Assembly (NCBI RefSeq): GCF_006345805.1
Contig: NC_042998.1
Span: 207,864,903-207,928,902, forward strand
Reading direction: 5' to 3'
Length of the DNA: 64,000 nt
Origin: Octopus sinensis
Lineage: Eukaryota
Shown: positions 53,039 through 64,000 of the stretch, piece by piece
Layout: every line of letters starts with the position of its first letter
Position numbering within the stretch: the first letter of the stretch is position 1
Program-made: the position numbers and the translations under genes
Notes under the pieces: generated by a model
Told to the model about the DNA's origin: nothing
The model's input: only the letters and a program-made list of their open reading frames with translations
The model's database searches: none

Positions 53039-53968
53039 TACTCTTACTCTTTACTCTTTTACTTGTTTCAGTCATTTGACTGCGGCCATGCTGGAGCACC
53101 CGGCGACTTATTCTTTTGTAAGCCCAGTACTTATTCTATCGGTCTCTTTTGCCGAACCGCTGCGTAATGGGGACATAAACACACCAGTATCAGTTGTCAA
53201 GCAATGCTAGGGGGACAAACACAGACACACAAACATACACGCATACACATACAGTATATATATATACATATATACGACGGGCTTCTTTCAGTTTCCGTCT
53301 ACCAAATCCACTCACAAGGCATTGGTCGGCCCGGGGCTATAGCAGAAGACACTTGCCCAAAGTGCCACGCAGTAGGACTGAACCCGGAGCCATGAGGCTG
53401 GTTAGCAAGCTACTTACCACACAGCCACTCCTGCGCCTGTTCAATTTTCTAGAAATAGACAGAGGTGTTTATTGTACTGGCTAATGTGATAGTGGAGGCT
53501 GAAGATTCAGAGAGAAAGAAAGAAGTGTATATTGATATGTGCACGCGCGCATACATGTAGATATACGTGTGTATATGCACTATTACGTAGGCTCGCATAC
53601 TTATGTACTTAACCCATACGCATGTACATACACACACACACATATATACTTATATGCACACACACACACACACCACACACACATAATATATATATATATA
53701 TATATATAATATATTATATATATATATAGGGTGTGGGAGTTCACGAAAAAAAGACGAAGATAGGTGGTGTACAAAACAACGGATGTATTAGTATAACGCT
53801 CAGGAATTGAAAAGGTCTTTTACGTTTCGAGCCTACGCTCTTTTACAGAAAGGGACACAGAAAAAAACAAGGAGAGAAACAAGGAGAGAAAAAATGAGTG
53901 TAGTGGCTACCGATAAAGGCGTTCAGAATGCTGGATGGTTGTAAAAAAAAATATATTTATTTACGTAT

Positions 53969-54002
<34 letters not shown>

Positions 54003-54304
54003 ATAAACCTTTACATAAATAAATAACGTGAAATACACGAAGGGACGAACAAAAAGACAAACGGGTCATTCAAAGCCTTTGTTCTTCAGTTAGAAACTGA
54101 TTCCTCATCGCAGATTTCGGCTGTTTAATTCTGAGATCCGCTCTGAATCAGCCAGCCACAGAAGGAAAGAATGCAACGCAACAGAGACGAATCCATACAC
54201 AGGTACGCATACAAGTATACATGTCCATACATGTATTATTAAGCAGTTGAAAAAAATATATATATGTGGTGTGTGTGTTCCACAAACGTATATATATATG
54301 AATG

Positions 54305-54352
<48 letters not shown>

Positions 54353-54736
54353 GAATGTATGTAATATTTTAATTTTATTCTTTTACTTGTTTTAGTCATT
54401 TGACTGCTGCTATGCTGGAGCACCGCCTTTTGTCGAACAAATTGACCCTATGACTTAGTCTTATTCTACCGCTCACTTATTGCCGAACCTCTAGGTTACG
54501 GGGACTTAAATACAACATCGGTTGTTAAGCGATGGTTGGGGTCCAAACACAAACACACAGACATATATATATACACACAACGTATTTCTTTCGGTTTCCA
54601 TCTACCAAATCCACTCACATATCTTTGGTTGACCAGAGGTTATAATAGAAGACACTTGCGCAAGGTTCAGTGGGAGTGAACCCGGAACCATGCGTTTGGG
54701 AATCAAGCTACTTACCACACAACCGCCCCTGCGCCC

Positions 54737-54781
<45 letters not shown>

Positions 54782-55362
54782 CACACACACACACACGTAT
54801 TTATGTGTGCATGTGTGTGCTTGAACACATGCTTTCTAACTAAATTTGCTGAGCGTTTTCCCTTCATCTAAATGACGTCCATAAATTTTCAATTCATCTC
54901 TTAACATTGCTTTCTTTCCATGAGATTTCGAACACATTTTATTATTATTACTCTCCCACAATATTCGCTGCCGACATTATAAGACTAAAAAAAAAATAAG
55001 AAAAATAAAAAAACCCTGCTGCAAAGCACTTATTTTAAATACCTAAAAACAAAAAAGACAAAACAGAAAAAACAAGCAGATCCAAGAATATTTCAAGAAA
55101 TCCCGTGAAAATGAAGTTAATAGTAAATCTGCATTAGTTGTATGGTGAAACATATCGGTTCATGTTTGCAGTTTAGTTATAAATCATTTTGACAGGAAAT
55201 TGGAGATGTCGACCTTATTAACTGAAGCTTACCGTTCTTGTAACAACTGGTCACTTCCTACAACATGCATGCATACATATATACCTACCCACACACCTAC
55301 ATACATTCATACATACATACATACATATATACATAAACACACGTATGTGTGTGTATAAGTCT

Positions 55363-55401
<39 letters not shown>

Positions 55402-56602
55402 CATCATTGGTTACTTCTTTGTTGATGTCATTTTTTTCACAATTTGCAGCTGGGTGGTTTGTGTAAATGTCGAGATTAATAGCACAAGACTAACCCACCC
55501 CTCATACATACATGCATTAATACATACATACTAACAGACATACATACATTACTACATGCATGCATACATACAATACATACATACATACATACATGCATAC
55601 ATACATACATACATACATACATACATACTACATACATGCATGCATGCATGCATACATACATACATACATGCATACATACATACATACATACATACATACA
55701 TACATACATACATACATACATACAGCCACTAAACCTTTTCTATTTTCTCTCCTTGTTTATTTCTCTGTTCTTTTCTGTCGAAGAGCGTAGGCTCGAAACA
55801 TAAAAGACTTTCTCACTTCCCGAGCGTTAACCTAATACATCTGTTTGTTGTTTACTCACCCGTCTTGATCTTTTGTTTTTTTGTAAATTCACACTTCATA
55901 TATATATACATACATACATACACACACATACACACACACACACATATATATGCATGTGTTTATGTTTGCGTGTATATATGTGTAATTATATACGCATATG
56001 TGCGTAGTAAAAATTATTGCAGTAAAAGAGAAGCAAGGGATAGTTTCATATGTATGTGTTTGTGTGCGGGTATGCGTATGTGGGTGTGTATATGTATATA
56101 CATATGTGCACACTTTCAAACGCTTCATCTTTCTTTTATCTTTTTCTTGTTCCAGTAAATGGACTACTGCCATGCTGGGGCACCGACTTGAAGGATCTCG
56201 TTAACCGGATCGATTTATTTTCACACTTTTTTATGCTTGGTACTTATTCTATCAACCATTTTGTCGAACCGCTAGATAATGGAAACGTAAACAAACGAAT
56301 ACTGGCTGTTAAGGGGAAAATACATATACAAAGACACACACACACATACACACATTCGACGTGCTTCTTTCAGTTTCCGTCTAGGATATCCACAAACAGA
56401 TCTTTGCTTGTACGGGAGCTATAGTAAAGAACCCAAGGTGACATCAAGCGGGCCTGAACCCTGAACCATGTGGTTGGCAAGCAAACGTCTTACCACAGCC
56501 ATGCCTACTCCTACACGTTTAATCCATAAGCATGATGAATTCGACAAAATATATTTTGTTTCACCCTTAATTGTCCGACCGGGTTTCTATGAACATGTCA
56601 CG

Positions 56603-56665
<63 letters not shown>

Positions 56666-56693
56666 TATATATATATGTATGCGTGTGTATATA

Positions 56694-57123
56694 TCTATTG
56701 TATAAAATCCGTTCTGTCTGACTGTGTGTGTGTCTTCTAGGATCTCGGGCATCCCCCATGCGATTGCGCTCAAATTTGATATGTAGATACCGACAGTATC
56801 AGGGCGTGTATTAGTCTTGAAAACATTACAAAATTCGATTCCAGGTGAGAATGCGATCGATACATCCGTAGGAACGTGCATTAGTACGCGCAATTACATC
56901 AGCTCTTGCGATCGGTACTACGCGTTGTGTGAATAAAATCGTTTTTCTTTGGAATAGAAAAAGTCTATCGTTATTTCTTCTTTTGCTGGTGTCTCAAATT
57001 TGGGTTAAATCAGTGTTTCTCAAAGGGGAGGCCTATGGGACGGTCGGACAAGTTGTTTTGAGAAAATTTGGTTTAAATGTTTGACAACTCACCACCGTTC
57101 ATTGGACGGGGGCGCTTTGCTCG
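56694..57123 (+). mobile_element. Non-autonomous Helitron-like element
   Basis: A|TC start, subterminal hairpin CCGTTCATTGGACGG, ends CTCG|T. Confidence 0.72.
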
Positions 57124-57141
57124 TATATATATTATATATAT

Positions 57142-57196
<55 letters not shown>

Positions 57197-57404
57197 TATA
57201 TATATATAGGGAAGATTTACGAAAAAAAACAAAAGACGAAGACAGATGGTGTACAAAACAAACAGATGTATTAGTATAGCGCTCAGAAATAGAAAAAGTC
57301 TTTTACGTTTCGAGCCTACGCTCTTCTACAGAAGGGACACAGAAAAAAAGGAGAGAAAATATGTGTGTAGTGGCTAACGATCTATCATGGCGTCATATAT
57401 ATAT

Positions 57405-57449
<45 letters not shown>

Positions 57450-57526
57450 ATGTGTTGTGTGTTGTGTGTATATGCATATATATGTATATATATACAAAGG
57501 CATATATATATATATATATATATATA

Positions 57527-58048
57527 GGTTATAAAATGAGAAAGGGGTTGAAAATTCAACCCACCATGGGATAATATATATCCAATATACTGCCAGATAG
57601 GTACCCAACAAGATTAATATATAGATGTTAAAAATTGTCAAACAATCAGTTCATCTATTGTATTATATGGGTAAAGGTAATAATATTACCGTAAATTAAT
57701 ACTACAAATTAGAGAATGGAGAAACATACTTAATCAATAAAACATCAACTATCCGATGATACCCAATCAATACTTTAATACACCATTACATATGAGTAAA
57801 GGCATTATATAAATGAGATATACAGTAATAGTAAAAAGATAAAGAGATATAAGTAAAAAATTTTCAATATAATATGCAATTTGAAAATTTTTTACTTATA
57901 TCTCTTTATCTTTTTACTATTACTGTATATCTCATTTTATATAATGCCTTTACTCATATGTAATGGTGTATTAAAGTATTGATTGGGTATCATCGGATAG
58001 TTGATGTTTTATTGATTTAAGTATGTTTCTCCATTCTCTAATTTTGTA

Positions 58049-58051
<3 letters not shown>
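57527..58051. repeat. TA-embedded element with about 168-bp inverted repeat
   Basis: 57700-57867 is the reverse complement of 57881-58051 with about 13-nt spacer; unique 170-bp extension on the left. Confidence 0.88.
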
Positions 58052-58083
<32 letters not shown>

Positions 58084-58502
58084 TATATAGATATATATAT
58101 ATTATATATACCTACATGCATACACACAAATACACACGCACACACACACATATATTTATATACAGTGATATATAAAAATTAAAATAGAAAATGAGAAAGC
58201 AAATATTTGAATTCACTCGAAAAACATTTAATTTAAATAGAGATTATAAACATACATACTTTATTTAAATAAAATGTATTTTGAGTGATGTCAGATATTT
58301 GCTTTTTCTTTTTCTATTTTAATCTATGTCCACGCACTCAAAGAGAAACCACTTCCAGTCGCTTTTGCTAGGCAGTCTCAGCACCACGTTTTTCAGTTGT
58401 AGTTGAAGGCGAAGTTTTAGTGGTAAACCAATGCATCTATAGTACTATAACTGTTACATTAAGTCAATTGAAAACTTCTTGTATATTCTCTGTATAGATA
58501 TA

Positions 58503-59033
58503 CGAGCAAAACGCCCCCGTCCAATGGACGATGCTGAATCATACCTGCTGAATAAAAAGCAATCAGTGTTTTCTTTTCATTAAAAAATGATTAAGCATGC
58601 CTTTATTGCAATAAAATTTTTGGTTTTGTTAAACGAAGTTAAGGCAAAAAATAACTTCTTGAGAAACCAAATAGTCTTTCCTTCCTTCATGCCAAGTTTG
58701 AAGAAAATATCTCTTTTGCATCTTACTTTTTTGGTCTCTTAAATATACTGCATTTTGTGGCATTATTTCAAGCAAATTGAACGTGCATGTTTCTCGCGTA
58801 CGCGTTGTATCGATCGCAAGAGCTGATGTACTTGCGCCTACAAAAGCACGTTTCCACGGCTTTATCGATCGCATTCTCACCTGGAATCGAATTTTGTAAT
58901 GTTTTTAAGACTTATACACGCCTTGATACTGTCGGTATCTACATATCAAATTTGAGCACAATCGGATGGAGGATGCCCGAGATCCTAGAACACACACACA
59001 CACACACAGACAGAACGAATTTGATATAATAGA
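58503..59033 (-). mobile_element. Second copy of the same Helitron-like family
   Basis: Same TC start, CGTCCATTGGACG hairpin and CTCG|T end; different interior. Confidence 0.72.
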
Positions 59034-59683
59034 TATGCATACATAGGCATATATATTTATGCATGCATGCATACATACACACATACATACATACATGCAT
59101 ACATAAATATTTTTCTCTCCTTGTTTCTTTCTGTGTTCCTTTCTGTGGAAGAGAGTAGGCTCGAAACGTTAAAGACTTTTCACTTCCCGAGCGTTAAACT
59201 AATACATCTGTTTATTGTCTACACCATCTGTCGTCGTCTTTCGTGTTTTTTTAAGTGAATTCTCCGCATACATAAATATGACTGCACTAAAGAAAAAAAG
59301 AGTCACTCAATTGATTTAGTAAGAGTTACATATCTTATTATATTAAACAGTTTGGTTCGATCCCATGCGACATAGTTTTGTGGACTTCTTACTGAAATAT
59401 ATCTTGTAGGGGTCAGTTAACCGAACCTAGATTTGCCCGAAGACCCAAGTTTCTCTCAGAAGTATTCGAAACTGTAAATCGCTTGGAGCCGAACGAAAAT
59501 GTTTTAGATAATATATGTACGTATATAGTGGCTGTGTGGTAAGTAGCTTGCTTACCAACCACATGGTTCCGGGTTCAGTTCCACTGCGTTGCACCTTGAG
59601 CAAGTGTCTACTATAGCCACGGGCCGACCAAAGCCTTGTGAGTGGATTTGGTAGACGGAAACTGAAAGAAACTTGCCGAATGT

Positions 59684-60163
59684 ATTAGGTCGTCTAATGT
59701 AAACTTTGACAGCTGTTCATTTTGTACCATTATCATATTTTGACAATCTTTATTTTTTGTTAGAAAGCTCACACATCTATACATCTATTTCTTTATTCTA
59801 ACTCATTTTGCGCTTTGTAAAGTATTTATAATTTTTTACTATTTTTGTTTAGTGATGGATAAATCGGAAATTCGTACAGTTTTGAAATATGAGTTCTTAC
59901 TTGGAAACACAGCATCACAGACAGCTCGGAATATTAATGGGGTATTTCATTCTAATGTTATTACACAACAGACAGTAGCAAATTGGTCTGCAAAAATTCG
60001 TTTCGTTCTGGTAACGTTAACCTCACAAACGAGCAACGCACTCGACCAGAAACAAAGGTGAATAATGATGAACTGAAAGCCACCGTCGCGTCAGATTCAT
60101 CTCAAAGTGCTGTGAAATATCGTTGTTCTTTAGTGTTAGCAAGCAAACAATGTTGACTCAACC
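59684..60163 (+). mobile_element. Mariner 5' fragment (HTH region)
   Basis: MDKSEIRTVLKYEFLLGNTASQTARNINGVF..FRSGNVNLTNEQRTRPETKVNNDELKATV. Confidence 0.85.
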
Positions 60164-60190
60164 AATTCATATATATTGTGTATATATATA

Positions 60191-60641
60191 TATAAACAAC
60201 TTATAAGAAAGGGCTAAAGAAGGTTATTCCAAAGCCAATATACTGATTTTCCACATATAATCCACTTGCTATAGAAAAATTGAACTGAAGTCGGGCAAAC
60301 TAACCGTTAGAATATTTAAATTTCGTAAGTATCTTACTTATATTCTCTCGTAAGCTCTACCGATGAAGAATAAATCCTTTATGAGATTAATTCCGAAATT
60401 GATTCAATATAGAGATAACGAAATTTAATTATTCTAACGGTTAGTTTTGCCCGACTTCAGTTCAATTTTTCTGTAGCAAGTGGATTATATGTGGAAAATC
60501 AGTATATTGGCTTGGAATAATCTTTAGCCTTTGCTTATAAGTTGTTTATAATTTTAACCGTAAAGGTATTTTTTAATATGCTGTCACATTTCTTGATGGA
60601 ATTCTTTTCTGTAGAGAAAAAAACTTCATCCTATATTAGTA

Positions 60642-60642
<1 letters not shown>
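60191..60642 (+). mobile_element. TA-embedded element: about 135-bp inverted repeats enclosing a hammerhead-like motif (60355-60414)
   Basis: Arms 60191-60326 and 60418-60550; spacer CTCTA-CCGATGA-A-GAAT..ATTC-C-GAAAT-TGATTCA-ATA-TAGAG; homologous fragment at 18041-18122. Confidence 0.8.
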
Positions 60643-60678
<36 letters not shown>

Positions 60679-61996
60679 TACATACCCATAACTGTACATC
60701 ATTTTCCTCACTACTCTAGCTTATGAATTTTTGTGTATATATATTTTTTCCTCCCCACCGAAAGATGAACCATTATCTTTCCTGTCTACAATAATAATGA
60801 CCACCAATTACCCCACTTTAGATTATATTACTATTTGAATCATTTATTCATAATTTTCACACACAACATTGACAAAAGATTTTCGTATGAAAATACGTAA
60901 TTAAAATAATTTTAATGTCATGATTAGCGAAAGCGAAACCGGTCGACAAACGCAATATAAAATATATAAAAAATATACTACAACTATGTAAATTGTGTGC
61001 ATTTTCCTTCTTTAATTTTTTATACACCCCCACACACACATATCTTATTTATGTATGTGCAGGACTGAATTTACAAACAGAGGAAAGTTATTGAGGAGAG
61101 AGTAAAATTTATTCATTGAATCTGAATATATTTAGTATAAACTCGATGAAAAAGAGAAAACGAAGGAAGAATAAATTGTATACAAAATTTCAATGAATCA
61201 TTTAATAAATTGATAGAGAGACAGAACAGGTGAAGTTGGCAATATTTTATTGACATACAATGTTTCTGGTAGTTCTACAGGAAGCAGTAAGAGGCTTCCA
61301 TTTATTTGGACAAAATGCCAGCATGTTTAACTTTTATGCAAATCTAAGGTTTCTGTGAAATGCTGCTTTGTAACGAATTTGGTAAGCTCCTTGCTATGCT
61401 CCCACGCTCATTGCATGCGGAATCACTTGCGACTTTCGACGATCTTTATTAAAGCCATATAATCTGTCAAAAATAGCAGCAGCCGAAATTTCTGGATAAC
61501 TATTGTGATGCGTAAAGGTTTAATAGTTGAACTTTATAATGATGTTAGCTCATTATCAATATGTAAATCAAGAACTGTGAAACTGTACAAATAATATTCC
61601 ATTGCTCGATGAAGCTGTCAAGCGATCGTTACACGCAGTCATTGCTTATTTATGTATGCCAAGCTCTAATATGGTTAATGGGAAGCCATATTCTATTGTG
61701 CAATTTGCTTCAGTTTCGAAAACTAAAGAAAATAAGGTATATTTCTTATCGTTTATCTGTTATATTTTATGTGCTTCAGTTATTAGACTGCGGCCATGCT
61801 GGAGCGTCACCTTGAAAGAATTTTAGTCAAACAAATCGATCTCATTACTTATTATTAGTTTTTTTCGTAAAGCTTGATAATTTTTCTATCAGTTTCTTTT
61901 GCCCAACCACTAAGTGACGAAGACGTAAACACACCAATACCTGTTGCCAAGTGTTGACCGGGACAAGCAGACACAAAGACATGCTTTATATATTAT

Positions 61997-62062
<66 letters not shown>

Positions 62063-62080
62063 AGAGAGAGAGAGAGAGAA

Positions 62081-62111
<31 letters not shown>

Positions 62112-62134
62112 TATATATATATATATAGAGAGAG

Positions 62135-62221
<87 letters not shown>

Positions 62222-62593
62222 CGGGGGGACCCAGTCGATTTGATCGATCTCAATACGAAACTGGTACTTAATTTATCGACCCCGAAAGGATGAAAGGCAA
62301 AGTAGACCTCGGCCGAATTTGAACTCAGAACATAATGACATACGAAATACCTATTTCTTTATTACCCACAAGGGGCTAAACACAGAGGGGACAAACAAGG
62401 ACAGACAAACGGATTAAGTCGATTATATCGACCCCAGTGCGTAACTGGTACTTATTTAATCGACTCCGAAAGGATGAAAGGCAAAGTCGACCTCGGCCGA
62501 ATTTGATCTCTGAACGTAACGGCAGACGAAATACCGCTAAGCATCGGGCCGGCGTGCTAACGTTTCTGCCAGTTCGCCGCCTTATACATATAT

Positions 62594-62628
<35 letters not shown>

Positions 62629-62656
62629 ACACACAACACACGCGCGCGCGCACACA

Positions 62657-62732
<76 letters not shown>

Positions 62733-62901
62733 GGGAGAGTTCACAAAAAAATCAAAAGACGAAGACAGGTGGTGTAGAAAACAAACAAATCTATTAGTAT
62801 AACGCTCAGGAATAGAAAAAGTCTTTTACCTTTCGAACCTACGCTCTTCTACAGAGAAACAAGGAGAGAAGAAATCTGATTATGTTCTGCAGAGGGGATC
62901 A

Positions 62902-63529
62902 CACCATTTACCGTAGATCTAACCAGAAGAATGAACATAACCTATATGCATTATTTACATTATTTACATTTGACGAATATTTGTCCTCATCTTGTTTGTT
63001 GTTAACACAACGTTTCCAGACTTCATCAGGGATGAAGTTAAAATAACAGACAGAGAACACCACTGGAAAATACGAAAACTAAAAGAAGCAACACATATGC
63101 TAGGACACAACAACCTCCTAAGCAGACCGAGTACAGATATGAGTTGCATATGGGAAACGGTTTTAAGGAAGGATAGGAAAATATTAGATTTATAAGCCCT
63201 GAAATTCACACCATAATTTCCCACGGGCAAATGGCGTAGTGGTTAAGAACGCGGGCTACTAACCTCAAGATTCAGAGTTTGACCGTATTATTATTATTAT
63301 TATCAATAATAATAATAATAATAATAATAATAGCATCGAAAATACCTTAGGAATGAGAACCCAGGTTCGAAATTTCCCCAAGACACCTGATGAAGGCTGG
63401 AGGGTATATCAGCCGAAACGTTGTGTTAACAACAAACAAGATGAGGACAAATATCTGTCAAATGTAAATAATGTAAATAATGCAGATAGGTTATGTTCAT
63501 TCTTCTGGCTAGATCTACGGTAAATGGTG
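62902..63529 (+). mobile_element. Penelope-like element 3' remnant: GIY-YIG C-terminus, tRNA-like segment, hammerhead motif, inverted terminal copy
   Basis: DEVKITDREHHWKIRKLKEATHM..NLLSRPS..IWETVL*; motif GACAC-CTGATGA-A-GGCTG/CAGCC-GAAAC-GTT-GTGTT at 63382-63427; 62902-63016 is the reverse complement of 63415-63529. Confidence 0.85.
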
Positions 63530-63938
63530 CACCCTTAACGTAGTTCTCGGGGATATTCAGCGTGACACAGAGAGTGACAAGGCCGGCCCTTTGAAATGCA
63601 GGTACAACAGAAACAGGAAGTAAGAATGAGAGAAAGTTGTGGTGAAAGAGTACAGCAGGGATCACCACCATCCCCTGCCGGAGCCTCGTGGAGCTTTTAG
63701 ATGTTTTCGCTCAATAAACACTCACAACGCCCGGTCTGGGAATCGAAAGCGCGATCCTATGACCGCGTGTCCGCTGCCCTAACCAATGGGCCATTGCGCC
63801 TCCACTAATGTCACATAATATTATAAAACAGTATTATCCACAATCCAGATTATTTAACAGCCGTAATTTCAGCAGTGAAAAATATCGCCGTTTATAATTA
63901 TGTACCGGACGCTTGCTTTGTTTGTTTGTTTGTTTGTT

Positions 63939-63976
<38 letters not shown>

Positions 63977-64000
63977 TCCTTCCTTCCTTCCTTCCTTCTT

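Overview
This is not prokaryotic DNA. It is AT-rich, repeat-saturated animal genomic sequence, most consistent with a cephalopod (octopus-type tRNA-derived SINEs, very long TA/CA/GTAT/AAT/CAC microsatellites); the taxon is my inference. Almost all ORFs in the supplied track are microsatellite translations and no intact host gene can be supported. The window holds dozens of tRNA-headed SINEs with modular heads and tails; several mariner/Tc1 fossils, including a full-length 1291-bp mariner nested in a CR1/L2-like LINE whose ORF2 carries a 12x87-bp tandem amplification; R4/Dong-like, RTE and other restriction-like-endonuclease LINE remnants; non-autonomous Helitrons; and MITEs. The most interesting signal is at least five unrelated short elements carrying minimal type I hammerhead-ribozyme-like motifs. 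These usually sit in or next to (TA)n and several have an inverted copy of their own end. One is attached to a Penelope-like GIY-YIG remnant and has a tRNA-like Pol III promoter upstream of the ribozyme. A perfect RFX X-box (42502) and a few candidate minus-strand exons hint weakly at a host gene. Coordinates were read by eye and may be off by a few bases.
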